Notes under the pieces: model-generated
Databases searched by the model: none
What the model was told of the DNA's origin: nothing
Seen by the model: the letters and a program-made list of their open reading frames with translations, nothing else
Shown here: piece after piece, positions 9,070-20,600 of the stretch
Layout: the number at the start of each line of letters is the position of its first letter
Numbering within the stretch: the first letter of the stretch is position 1
DNA from: Gemmatimonadaceae bacterium
GTDB lineage: Bacteria; Gemmatimonadota; Gemmatimonadetes; Gemmatimonadales; Gemmatimonadaceae
Assembly (NCBI GenBank): GCA_045803545.1
Contig: JBJMOW010000001.1
Span: 49,683-113,682, forward strand
Reading direction: 5' to 3'
Length of the DNA: 64,000 bases
Made by a program: the position numbers and the translations under genes

Positions 9070-10622
9070 CGGTGCGCGTCCGCGCCGAGCGCTGCCTCGA
9101 GTGCGTAACCAACCCGGAACATTGAGTACTCGTCGAAGTGCGGCGTGATGATCTGACCGCCAACTGGAAGGTTACGTACTCGACCGATTGGAACCGACAT
9201 CGCTGGAACTCCGGCGAGGTTTGCGGTCACGGTGAATATGTCGTTCAGGTACATCTCGTAAGGATCGCTGATTGCGCCGACCTGAAACGCCGGCGTTGGC
9301 GTCGTCGGTGTAAAGATCGCGTGTACGCCGCCGGCGAACACCGAGCGGAAGTCGTCCGCGATGAGCGTGCGGACGGCTTGTGCTTTCTTATAGTAGGCGT
9401 CGTAGTAACCAGCGGAGAGCACGTACGTTCCGAGTAGAACCCGTCGCGTAACCTCCGGTCCGAATCCCTCCGAGCGGGTTGCGTCGTACATCGCTCGCAA
9501 ACCCTTCGATGGATCGACGCGCAGCCCGTATCGAACGCCATCGAAACGCGCCAGGTTCGAGGAAGCCTCCGCCGGCGCGATGATGTAGTAGACCGGAATC
9601 GCGAGCGGCGAACGAGGCAGCGACACGTCTCGAATCGTTGCGCCCATCCAACGGAATTTTTCGAAGGCGCGATCGCATAGATCGCGAATAGTCTGATCGA
9701 GCGACTCCGGGAAATACTCCTTTGGTTTTCCGATCACTACGCCCTTGAGAGTCGTCTCGCTCGGCGGCGGCGGCAGCGGGACCGGACTGCGGCCGATTCG
9801 CATCGCTTCGGTATCAGGCTCGCGTGAGGAGGGAGCAGGCTTGCCAAGCGCTGCCACGCGGTAGATCGGGACGTCAGCGTCGGAGCTGGTAGAGTCCATC
9901 TTGTCGAAGCCGGCGATCGTCTCGAGTGCGAGCGCGGCATCGTCGACGGTGCGACCTAACACGCCGATTTGATCGAGCGAAGACGCGAAGGCGACCAGAC
10001 CGTAGCGGCTGACACGTCCGTACGTCGGCTTCACACCAACGACGCCGCAAAACGCAGCGGGTTGGCGAACGGATCCGCCGGTCTCCGAGCCAAGGGCAAT
10101 CGGTGTGATTCCCGCAGCTACCGCGGCGGCAGATCCACCGGATGATCCGCCCGGTACGCAACGCACATCGTGTGGATTTCGCGTCGGACCGAAAGCGCTG
10201 TTCTCCGTCGACGAGCCCATCGCGAATTCATCCATGTTGGTTTTCGCGACGATGATTGCTCCGTTGGCGCGGAGCCTCGTGATCGCCGTCGCCTCGAACG
10301 GACTCACATAGTCCTTCAGAATCCGCGAACCGCAGGTGGTCGGCAGACCGAGTGATGCGATGTTGTCTTTGATCGCGATCGGTACGCCCGCGAGTACGCC
10401 GATGTCGGTCGCCTTTTCGAGACGACCGCTAATCAGATCGGCCTCCTTACAGCACGCGTCACGATCCGAATGAAGGAAGATGTTGAGTCCGTCACGCCCC
10501 GCATTGATCGTGTCGGCGCGATCGAAGGCCGCATTGACCAACGCGGACGGCGTGTTCTCGCCGGCGCGAACGCTCGCCGAGATCTCAGCCGCGCCCAGTC
10601 GCGTGTATTCGTCGATGGTCAA
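9066..10622 (-). CDS. gatA: Asp/Glu-tRNA amidotransferase subunit A
   Basis: Amidase signature PGGSSGGSAAAV, GSETGGSVRQPA, EASSNLARFDG. Confidence 0.97.
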   Translation of the reverse strand: MTIDEYTRLGAAEISASVRAGENTPSALVNAAFDRADTINAGRDGLNIFLHSDRDACCKEADLISGRLEKATDIGVLAGVPIAIKDNIASLGLPTTCGSRILKDYVSPFEATAITRLRANGAIIVAKTNMDEFAMGSSTENSAFGPTRNPHDVRCVPGGSSGGSAAAVAAGITPIALGSETGGSVRQPAAFCGVVGVKPTYGRVSRYGLVAFASSLDQIGVLGRTVDDAALALETIAGFDKMDSTSSDADVPIYRVAALGKPAPSSREPDTEAMRIGRSPVPLPPPPSETTLKGVVIGKPKEYFPESLDQTIRDLCDRAFEKFRWMGATIRDVSLPRSPLAIPVYYIIAPAEASSNLARFDGVRYGLRVDPSKGLRAMYDATRSEGFGPEVTRRVLLGTYVLSAGYYDAYYKKAQAVRTLIADDFRSVFAGGVHAIFTPTTPTPAFQVGAISDPYEMYLNDIFTVTANLAGVPAMSVPIGRVRNLPVGGQIITPHFDEYSMFRVGYALEAALGADAHR

Positions 10623-10932
10623 GCGCCGCTCTCGGCGGGATCTTCGTGGGTGGCCAGACGAGGAACGATGAAAAAACCGTCTCGCATCGAAGGAGCAAAA
10701 GACTCGAGCGTGCCCTCCATCAGCGGCGCAACGCGATCGTCGGGGCGCAATGGAGTACCCCCGGCTCCCACGCCCGCAGCCAAAGGCACGCTCGCAGTAT
10801 CCACCTGCGCCAGAACTTCCATGTGCCCCAGGATCGAGCTCAGCTCGCGGGTGAGTTCCTCGACGCGCATTTCGTCCACGCCAACGCGGGCCAGATTGGC
10901 GATGTGAAGTACATCCTCACGGGTAACTGCCA

Positions 10933-10933
<1 letters not shown>
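10619..10933 (-). CDS. gatC: Asp/Glu-tRNA amidotransferase subunit C
   Basis: VTREDVLHIANLAR...FFIVPR; directly upstream of gatA. Confidence 0.93.
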
Positions 10934-13224
<2,291 letters not shown>

Positions 13225-13272
13225 CTAATGAAAATATCAGGGATGGTGCGCCGCTTGAACCTTCGTTTGACT

Positions 13273-14412
13273 TTATCCGAGCACGATGTCGAATGTCGCG
13301 CCGCGATCCGACGGAACAAGCACCAGCTCGCCGCGATGGCTATCCCGCACGATGCGACGGGCGAGAGAGAGTCCAATCCCCCAACCCTTCTCTTTAGTCG
13401 AGAAGCCCGGGTCAAAAATCTGGTGGCGAATCTCGCGCGGAACACCCGGCCCGTCGTCCGAGACTCGAACCCGGACCCGACCCTCTGGAAGGGGCTCCGC
13501 CGAGATCTCGACACGTCCATCCCGGCCGGCGAGGGCATCGATCGCATTCTTGGTCAGCGACTCCAGCGCCCATTCGAGCAGTACCGGATCTCCCTGCACC
13601 GTCAGATCGCCTTGATGTGTAGCCGAAACCGTCACACGCTGGGCCAGAGTCGGTACTCGCGCCCGGAAATAAGTCGCGACGCGATCAACGAGGTCCCCGA
13701 GATCGACGGACTCCTGATGCGGCGGCCGGCCGATTCGCTCGAATCGGTGCGCGACTCGCTTCAGGCGCTCGAGGTCGGCTTCCATGTGATCGAGCGCGCC
13801 GGCGGTCGATGGTTCGGGATCGGTCTCGCGAAGTAGCTCGATCCAACCGCTGATACTGGAGAGCGGAGTGCCGAGCTGGTGCGCGGACTCGCGCGCCATC
13901 CCCGCCCAGATCTGCTCACGATCGGCACGGCCGCGCGTACGCAAGGCGTATGCGCCCGCGATCAGAACGAGCCCGATCATGATCGATTGCAACACCGGGA
14001 TCAGAATCAGGCCGCGCACCAGCGGAGTGTTGCCGAAGTGGACGGTGCCGATACCCGGCTCGACAATCGCCACGTTTTGGCGATCCAGCTCGGCGATGTA
14101 GTTCCTCATATCACGTGAGCGGAGCGGCGCAGTGAACGGGATGTTGGCGGTATCAGTGGGCACTCCGTTGGGATCGGCAAGAATCATCGGCACGCCCGAC
14201 TCTCTGATATGCCGGGAGAGATCGAGCAGCGCGGCGTTCGCCGCGTCGGGGTTGGGATCACTCAGCCCGTTGTAGACGCGCGCGTACATCAGGCCGACGC
14301 GTGATGCTTCCTGACGCAGCTCGTGGACGACCGTTCGCGTGTAGATGACGTACCACACGAGTAGTGCGAGTACGCCAATCGAGATGAGAGTGACCGGTGC
14401 CAGCCGGCGCAT
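13273..14412 (-). CDS. Membrane sensor histidine kinase (no adjacent regulator)
   Basis: Two TM segments; H-box ESAHQLGTPL, N-box KNAIDA, DDGPG, FSTK, GWGIGL. Confidence 0.92.
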   Translation of the reverse strand: MRRLAPVTLISIGVLALLVWYVIYTRTVVHELRQEASRVGLMYARVYNGLSDPNPDAANAALLDLSRHIRESGVPMILADPNGVPTDTANIPFTAPLRSRDMRNYIAELDRQNVAIVEPGIGTVHFGNTPLVRGLILIPVLQSIMIGLVLIAGAYALRTRGRADREQIWAGMARESAHQLGTPLSSISGWIELLRETDPEPSTAGALDHMEADLERLKRVAHRFERIGRPPHQESVDLGDLVDRVATYFRARVPTLAQRVTVSATHQGDLTVQGDPVLLEWALESLTKNAIDALAGRDGRVEISAEPLPEGRVRVRVSDDGPGVPREIRHQIFDPGFSTKEKGWGIGLSLARRIVRDSHRGELVLVPSDRGATFDIVLG

Positions 14413-14414
14413 GC

Positions 14415-15689
14415 TCAGCTCAGGCGCTCAGCGCCAAGATATTTTGCGAGCGCAGCGGGTACGCGCACGCTTCCATCCTCCTGCTGATGATGCTCCAGGA
14501 TAGAGGCAATGACGCGGGGAAACGCAAGACCTGACCCGTTCAGGGTGTGGACGAAGCGCGGCTTGCCGCCCTCGGCCGGCTTATAACGAATGTTGGCGCG
14601 CCGAGCCTGGAAGTCAGTGAAGTTGCTGCACGAGGAGACTTCCAGCCACTTCCCAACACCGGGGGCGAAAGTCTCGAGATCGTAGGTATGGGCGCTGGCA
14701 AATCCCGTATCACCCGACGCGAGACGCACCACCCGGTAGGGCAGCTCAAGCAGCTGGAGGATTCGTTCAGCGTGACCCGTCAGTAATTCCAGCTGATCGT
14801 TCGAGCTCTCGGGACTGACGAAGCGAACGAGCTCTACCTTGTCGAACTCGTGAACGCGCAACAAGCCGCGGGTGTCCTTTCCAGCTGCGCCCGCCTCGCG
14901 GCGGAAGCAGGGCGAATAGCCCGTGATCGCCTTCGGGAGATCCGACTCGGCGAGGATTTCGTCCCTGAAAAGGTTGGTGAGAGGAACCTCCGCCGTCGGA
15001 ATGAGATAACCCTCATCCCCGCGGAGAGCGTACATGTCCTCCGCAAACTTCGGCAGCTGTCCGGTGCCCGTCATGCTCTCGCGATTGACGACGACCGGAA
15101 TCCACTCTTCCTCGTAACCATGCTCGCGCGTATGAAAATCGAGCATGAAGTTCATGAGTCCACGAACCAGACGCGCGCCGGCTGCGCGAAAGACGATGAA
15201 ACCAGAGCCACTGATTTTGGCGCCGCGCTCGAAGTCGATTAAACCCAGCTTCACTCCGATCTCCCAATGCGGGAGGAGCTTCACGCCTTCGCGCGGCGAG
15301 CCCCAGGTTCTCACGACCGCGTTGTTCTCCTCCCCGCCGGCCGCAACCTGTTCCAGCGTGACATTCGGAATTTCGAGGAGAATCGACGTCAGCTCTTTCT
15401 CGGTTTCAGCGAGCTCGCTGTCGAGTCGCGCGATTTCGTCGCCGAGTGCGCGCGACTGCTGTTGCAGATCGTCAGCCGATTGTCCTGCCCGCTTACGCTG
15501 ACCGACCTGCTGGCTTACCGCGTTACGCGCAGCTTTGCGCTCTTCGACGGCTTGAATGGTGTCGCGGCGGACCTTATCGAGGGCTACCGCACGATCGATC
15601 GCGGGGCCGAGCGCGTCGAGTGCCCCGCGCCGAACCATGCCGGCGCGCAGTGCGTCGACATTCTCGCGCACCATCCGCAAATCGTGCAC
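14415..15689 (-). CDS. serS: Serine--tRNA ligase
   Basis: LIPTAEVP, CFRREAG, VHEFDKVE, EVSSCSN, HTLNGSGLA. Confidence 0.98.
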   Translation of the reverse strand: MHDLRMVRENVDALRAGMVRRGALDALGPAIDRAVALDKVRRDTIQAVEERKAARNAVSQQVGQRKRAGQSADDLQQQSRALGDEIARLDSELAETEKELTSILLEIPNVTLEQVAAGGEENNAVVRTWGSPREGVKLLPHWEIGVKLGLIDFERGAKISGSGFIVFRAAGARLVRGLMNFMLDFHTREHGYEEEWIPVVVNRESMTGTGQLPKFAEDMYALRGDEGYLIPTAEVPLTNLFRDEILAESDLPKAITGYSPCFRREAGAAGKDTRGLLRVHEFDKVELVRFVSPESSNDQLELLTGHAERILQLLELPYRVVRLASGDTGFASAHTYDLETFAPGVGKWLEVSSCSNFTDFQARRANIRYKPAEGGKPRFVHTLNGSGLAFPRVIASILEHHQQEDGSVRVPAALAKYLGAERLS

Positions 15690-15692
15690 GGA

Positions 15693-16268
15693 TTAGAAGG
15701 TTGGTATACCGTCGGCGAACGACCGGAACCCGCAGTTCGGATCGAGTCCCATTCGGAAATAGATAGTGCGTGAGGCGAGGTTTACGCTGTCGACTGCGAG
15801 CTTGGCGTAGATGTTCGGATTAAGGGCGAACTGACAGAGGTCCGCCTGCGCGTTGTGCGCTGATTGAACGACGATGGTTTCGCCGATCGTCGCCACCAGC
15901 GCCGAGTCCGACTGATAGTTCGTTTTCGGAGCCTCGGTGACTGCGTCAAACGATTGCGCGAGCTTCTGCATCGCCACCGGTCGCGATGCCCCTGAAGCGA
16001 CAATCATCTTCACGGGATACACAACGGCGTTACCGTCAGCGTTGATGTCAAAGGCGACGTCAAAGAGCGCGAAGCCGTCGACGTGAACGGGTTGGCGCGA
16101 AAGAAACGCGACGCCGCTCGGGTAGTTTGGCGGAGTTCCCGACAGAGCGAACACCGACAGCGAGTCGACTGAATTCAGTAATGTCGCTTTCAGAGCGGTC
16201 GGATCGCCGCAGGCACTGATGAACGCAGCCGTGAGGCCGACCGCAATAACTGCAATACGCGCTTTCAT
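15693..16268 (-). CDS. Hypothetical lipoprotein
   Basis: Start trimmed to ATG 16268; MKARIAVIAVGLTAAFISAC gives a lipobox Cys20; two further Cys. Confidence 0.7.
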   Translation of the reverse strand: MKARIAVIAVGLTAAFISACGDPTALKATLLNSVDSLSVFALSGTPPNYPSGVAFLSRQPVHVDGFALFDVAFDINADGNAVVYPVKMIVASGASRPVAMQKLAQSFDAVTEAPKTNYQSDSALVATIGETIVVQSAHNAQADLCQFALNPNIYAKLAVDSVNLASRTIYFRMGLDPNCGFRSFADGIPTF

Positions 16269-16351
16269 GCGTTGGATTTGACAGAAGAGATAGAGGCGGG
16301 GTTGCTTTCGATAATACCCCGTAACTTGTGACAGTTCAAGCGATTGGCGGC

Positions 16352-16380
16352 TTGACTTCACCAGTGGCGATTCCTAGCTT
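16352..16380 (+). promoter_or_regulatory. Sigma70-type promoter for the roadblock operon
   Basis: TTGACT-N17-TAGCTT, 19 nt before ATG 16400. Confidence 0.55.
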
Positions 16381-16399
16381 CGCACTTTCTTCACCACCA

Positions 16400-16753
16400 A
16401 TGCCTAACATCCGAGATTTCACGAGCGCCCTCCGTCAGCGTCCGGGAGTCGATGCTGTTCTAGTGCTTGGCCGCGACGGACTCCTGATCGAAGGCTTTGC
16501 AGCTCCAGGTCTGAATAACGAAGACCTGGCGGCCCGCGTCCCTGCGCTCGTCGCCGAAGCGGAAGCGCTGGGCAAGGCAACGGTTCAGGGAGGCCTCAAT
16601 ACCGCAATACTCGAGCATCAGAAGGGATACGCGATCGTAGCTGCACTTGCTGATGACACGCTTCTTCTTATCCTGTTGCGGCCCTCGGCTGATCTTGGTG
16701 GACTGTTATTTGACGTGCGTCGGTATCGTGGCAACATCGCATCCTTAATCTGA
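16400..16753 (+). CDS. Roadblock/LC7 (MglB-like) domain protein
   Basis: PGVDAVLVLGRDGLLI...EDLAA...LLLILL...ADLGGLLFDVRR; start trimmed to ATG 16400. Confidence 0.85.
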   Translation: MPNIRDFTSALRQRPGVDAVLVLGRDGLLIEGFAAPGLNNEDLAARVPALVAEAEALGKATVQGGLNTAILEHQKGYAIVAALADDTLLLILLRPSADLGGLLFDVRRYRGNIASLI

Positions 16754-16754
16754 C

Positions 16755-17165
16755 GTGACAGAGAATCAGACTTCGCACATCCTCGTCGCTGACGACGAGC
16801 CGCATATCGGCCGCATCATCAAGATGAAGCTGGAACAGGGCCCGTTTCGCGTGAGCATCGCCTACGACGGTGAAGAAGCGCTCGCATTCATCAATAACGG
16901 GGATCCGGTGGACCTGGTGCTGCTCGACCTGATGATGCCCAAGCTGAGCGGTCTCGATGTGCTTCGCCAGGTGCGCGAGCAGGACCGATTCAAGACTCTG
17001 CCGTGCATCATCCTCACCGCCGGCGGTGACGCCAAGCATGAGCGCGACGCACTGGCGCTCGGCGCAACTCAGTTTTTGACCAAGCCCTTCAGCCCGAAGA
17101 AATTGTACGCGCTGGTCGCGCGTCTCACCGGCGCACCGGACGAAGCCGGAATCACCGGCGAGTGA
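16755..17165 (+). CDS. Single-domain response regulator (receiver only)
   Basis: ILVADDE, LVLLDLMMP, IILTA, FLTKPF; no output domain. Confidence 0.92.
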   Translation: MTENQTSHILVADDEPHIGRIIKMKLEQGPFRVSIAYDGEEALAFINNGDPVDLVLLDLMMPKLSGLDVLRQVREQDRFKTLPCIILTAGGDAKHERDALALGATQFLTKPFSPKKLYALVARLTGAPDEAGITGE

Positions 17166-18199
17166 GCCGCTGGATAGTCATTCTCGCGGGCGGCATCGGC
17201 TCGCGGTTCTGGCCGCTGAGTACTCCGGAGCGTCCGAAACAACTACTGCCACTCGTCACGAAGAAGTCCCTTTTGCAGGACGCTTTCGACCGGCTCTCTC
17301 CAATGGTCGATCCGAAGCACATGCTGGTGCTGACCAACGCCGAGCTGGTAAAGCCGATCCGCAAGCTGCTGCCGACCTTGCCTCGGGAAAACATCATCGC
17401 CGAGCCGAAACCGGCCGGAACGGCCGCGGCGCTGACGTGGGCGGCGCGAACGATCGAGGCACGCGACGACGCGAACGCGACGATGATCTCTGTACACGCC
17501 GACTGGGCTATCGGCAACGACGAACGCTTCCGTGAAGTTCTGGAGGCAGGCGAAGAGCATGCGCAGGAAACCCACACGCTGGTCACGGTAGGCGTAGTTC
17601 CCAGCCGACCGGACACCGGCTTCGGCTACATCCAGCCGGAGGACCCGCGCAAGTCCGCATCGCCTGTCAAACGATTCGTCGAGAAGCCCGACCTCTCAAC
17701 CGCGGAGAAGCTTTGCGCGGAGGGGTATTTGTGGAACTCCGGAATCTTCATCTGGACCGTCGGTGACTTCCTTTCAGAGGTCAGCCAGCACGCAGTCGAA
17801 CTCAAGAAAGCAATGGGTCTCAACGAAGATGCCGATGCTGCCGATTTCTTTTCCAGCGTTGCGAAGCCAGCGTCAGTCGACAACGCAGTGCTCGAGCGCA
17901 GCAAAAAAGTCGCGGTCTTGCGTGGAGATTTCGGCTGGGACGATGTCGGCACGTGGAGTGCGTTGGCACGGGTGCGTGACAAGGACGAGTTTGGCAATAC
18001 GACGACCGGTGACGTTCACCTGCTTGACTCAAGCGACAATGTCGTGCACGCTGACGGTGGCCGGGTCGTGATGTACGGCGTCGAAGATCTCATCGTCGTC
18101 GTCCACAATGGGTTGACGCTCGTCACTACGCGGGAGAAAGCGGCTGATCTGAAGCGGTTGGTAGAGTCACTGCCGAAAGCAGACCGGGCAAAAGCGTGA
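17162..18199 (+). CDS. manC: Mannose-1-phosphate guanylyltransferase (no isomerase domain)
   Basis: ILAGGIGSRFWPLS...PKQ, GFGYI, FVEKP, WNSGIF, WDDVGTW. Confidence 0.85.
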   Translation: MSRWIVILAGGIGSRFWPLSTPERPKQLLPLVTKKSLLQDAFDRLSPMVDPKHMLVLTNAELVKPIRKLLPTLPRENIIAEPKPAGTAAALTWAARTIEARDDANATMISVHADWAIGNDERFREVLEAGEEHAQETHTLVTVGVVPSRPDTGFGYIQPEDPRKSASPVKRFVEKPDLSTAEKLCAEGYLWNSGIFIWTVGDFLSEVSQHAVELKKAMGLNEDADAADFFSSVAKPASVDNAVLERSKKVAVLRGDFGWDDVGTWSALARVRDKDEFGNTTTGDVHLLDSSDNVVHADGGRVVMYGVEDLIVVVHNGLTLVTTREKAADLKRLVESLPKADRAKA

Positions 18200-19398
18200 G
18201 CGTTCTATTCTTTTACGACGATACGCGCGCGCGGCAGTTCGAGCCGTTCGCGTTGACGCGCCCTGTATCGGAGTTGCGGGCCGGAACATCGCTGATCCGT
18301 CACCGTTGGGAGCGGGCTACTTCGATGCGCAGCGCTGGCTTTATCAGCGGCGGTCATCTCGCGCACTTCGAAGAAGGCGATGCGCCACCAGCCGTGGCGC
18401 CTCAGTCGGAGATCCCGGCAGGGTCGATCCTCGTCAATTCCCGCTGCGTGATTCCTCTCGACCTCAAGATCGACCATTTCGATTTGCTGATGTGCGATGG
18501 GATTGCGTGCGCCGTGCGCCTTGCGAGAGCGATGCCCGTTTCACAATTCGCGGAGGGCAAAGTCGACATCGGCTCGATCCAGACCAGTCTCGGCGGCCGT
18601 AAAGTGGCAGGCCGCTGGATGAACGAAATCTGGGATTTCATCGGTACGCTTTCCGATCAGCTGACGGAAGACATTCCGCAACGCGGAAAATCACTCGAGG
18701 CAACAGCCAAAACCGGCGCAGCGACGATGGGAGACCATGGGATCTTCGTCGAGGAAGGCGCCGATATCGGCCCGCAGGTAGTACTGGATTCGACCAGCGG
18801 CCCGATTCTGATTCGAAAAGGCGCTAAGATCGCACCGTTCACCTATCTGGTGGGCCCAATCTCGGTTGGTCGTGGATCGCAGATTCTCGGTGAGCGCGTC
18901 GCTGCGTCGTCGATTGGCGATCACTGCAAAGTTCGAGGAGAGTTCAATAACTCGATCGTGCTCGGTCACAGCAACAAGGGACACGCCGGGTTCATCGGAC
19001 ACTCCTACCTCGGTCGCTGGGTGAACCTCGGCGCGCTAACCACCACCAGCAACCTCAAGAATACTTACGGACCGGTTCAGCTTTGGACACCGACCGGGGT
19101 GCGCGATACCGGACAACAATTTCTCGGCACACTATTCGGGGATCACGCGAAGACCGGCATTGGTACAATGCTCAACACCGGCACTTTGCTGGGAGCCGGC
19201 GCCAATGTCTTCGGCGCGAACACTCCACCGAAGGCGGTTCCGCCTTTCGCCTGGGGTAGTGATGAGCCGTACGATACGTACGACGTGACTAAATTTCTTG
19301 CGGTTACCGAGCGGGTCATGTCGCGGCGTGACGTCGAGCTCGGCGAGAAGGCTCGCAAGCAGCTGACGGAAGCGCACAAGAGAAGGTGGAGCGTTTGA
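18196..19398 (+). CDS. GlmU-like putative sugar nucleotidyl-/acetyltransferase
   Basis: PFALTRPVSELRAG N-terminus; left-handed beta-helix repeats; SNKGHAGFIGHSYLGRWVNLGA, SNLKNTYG. Confidence 0.8.
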   Translation: MSVLFFYDDTRARQFEPFALTRPVSELRAGTSLIRHRWERATSMRSAGFISGGHLAHFEEGDAPPAVAPQSEIPAGSILVNSRCVIPLDLKIDHFDLLMCDGIACAVRLARAMPVSQFAEGKVDIGSIQTSLGGRKVAGRWMNEIWDFIGTLSDQLTEDIPQRGKSLEATAKTGAATMGDHGIFVEEGADIGPQVVLDSTSGPILIRKGAKIAPFTYLVGPISVGRGSQILGERVAASSIGDHCKVRGEFNNSIVLGHSNKGHAGFIGHSYLGRWVNLGALTTTSNLKNTYGPVQLWTPTGVRDTGQQFLGTLFGDHAKTGIGTMLNTGTLLGAGANVFGANTPPKAVPPFAWGSDEPYDTYDVTKFLAVTERVMSRRDVELGEKARKQLTEAHKRRWSV

Positions 19399-20216
19399 TG
19401 AGGTTGTGGGTTCTGGGAAGTGGCAGTAACGGAAATGCAGTGCTGGTGGAGACAGAACGCTCGCGCATCCTGGTTGATGCGGGATTCTCGCCGCGCGAGC
19501 TGAAGAAGCGACTTGGAATCGCGGGCTTTGCGCCCGAGTCCATCGACGCTTTGGTGGTGACCCACGAGCACACTGATCACGTGAAGGGCGCAGCTGCTGC
19601 CGCTCGCAAATGGGGTTGGACTATCGTTTCAACCGCTGGAACGCGGATGATGTGTCCTGATTGGACGGAGGTGCGGACAATCCTGACGCCGCGCAAAAGC
19701 GAAGTCACCATTGGTGATTTCAGACTTGAAACAGTTCCGGTTTCCCACGATGCCAGCGAGCCAATCGGGGTGATCGTGACTTCCCTGGGCGAGGGATCAC
19801 GAGCGGGAATCATTTATGACCTCGGCCACGTCACCGAGACGATTTATCGCGCCCTCGACAAGCTCGATGTACTTGTAATCGAGGCGAATCACGACGAGGG
19901 AATGTTGCGAGCGGGACGCTATCCCCCATCGCTCCAGGCGCGGATCAGGGGCAAGTTCGGACATTTGAGCAATTCGGCGGCGGCGCAAACTGCACTGCAG
20001 TGTGTTCACTCAGGTCTCAATAACATCGTGCTCGCCCATCTCAGCCAGGAGAACAACACGCCGCGAGTGGCGATGTCGACTGTTGGCGATTCGCTTCGCC
20101 GCGGTCGATTCAAAGGCCGGCTGACCGCTGCATCTCAGGACAAGGTCATCGGACCAATTTCCGTCGGTGCAAGCTCGGTTTCGGCCGTATCACTTCAGCT
20201 CGCGCTAGGCATCTAG
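19398..20216 (+). CDS. MBL-fold metallohydrolase (YycJ/WalJ-like)
   Basis: LGSGSNGN, THEHTDH, SHDA, IEANHD, GHLSN, LAHLSQENN; ATG overlaps the upstream TGA. Confidence 0.88.
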   Translation: MRLWVLGSGSNGNAVLVETERSRILVDAGFSPRELKKRLGIAGFAPESIDALVVTHEHTDHVKGAAAAARKWGWTIVSTAGTRMMCPDWTEVRTILTPRKSEVTIGDFRLETVPVSHDASEPIGVIVTSLGEGSRAGIIYDLGHVTETIYRALDKLDVLVIEANHDEGMLRAGRYPPSLQARIRGKFGHLSNSAAAQTALQCVHSGLNNIVLAHLSQENNTPRVAMSTVGDSLRRGRFKGRLTAASQDKVIGPISVGASSVSAVSLQLALGI

Positions 20217-20303
20217 CTACGGCTTTGGGCGCCGGTTGCCCGCGACGAAAGCAAACACGAGCGCGGCAACGATGATGATCCCGAATAACAAATAGAAATT
20301 CAT
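20217..20303 (-). CDS. Putative 28-aa single-TM small protein
   Basis: MNFYLLFGIIIVAALVFAFVAGNRRPKP*; GAGGGG upstream; fills the gap exactly. Below the ORF-track size cutoff. Confidence 0.6.
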   Translation of the reverse strand: MNFYLLFGIIIVAALVFAFVAGNRRPKP

Positions 20304-20305
20304 CG

Positions 20306-20575
20306 TCAGCGCCCCTCGACGTCGCGTTCGCCTGGAATCTTTCGCTCGGCTCTCCCCTCACCCGGATGCGCCTGCGCTTCGTGAAAGCGTTCGCCCTTGA
20401 GCCGAATCGCGTCGACGAATTTCTCATACTCAGTGTCGGATAGCTCGTCCGCGATCGCCGGAACGAGTCCTTTGACGAGGGTGATTCGTTCAGCGAGAGT
20501 GAGCTCGTTGATCGACGTCACGAGCTTCCGCAACCGCGGGTGATTCATCCACTCGGTTTCTTTGCTGGTCGTCAT
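20306..20575 (-). CDS. Hypothetical 89-aa protein
   Basis: ATG with GGAGG upstream, protein-like helical composition, fills the intergenic space. Confidence 0.7.
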   Translation of the reverse strand: MTTSKETEWMNHPRLRKLVTSINELTLAERITLVKGLVPAIADELSDTEYEKFVDAIRLKGERFHEAQAHPGEGRAERKIPGERDVEGR

Positions 20576-20600
20576 GTTACTGCACGCCTCCGGTCAAATC

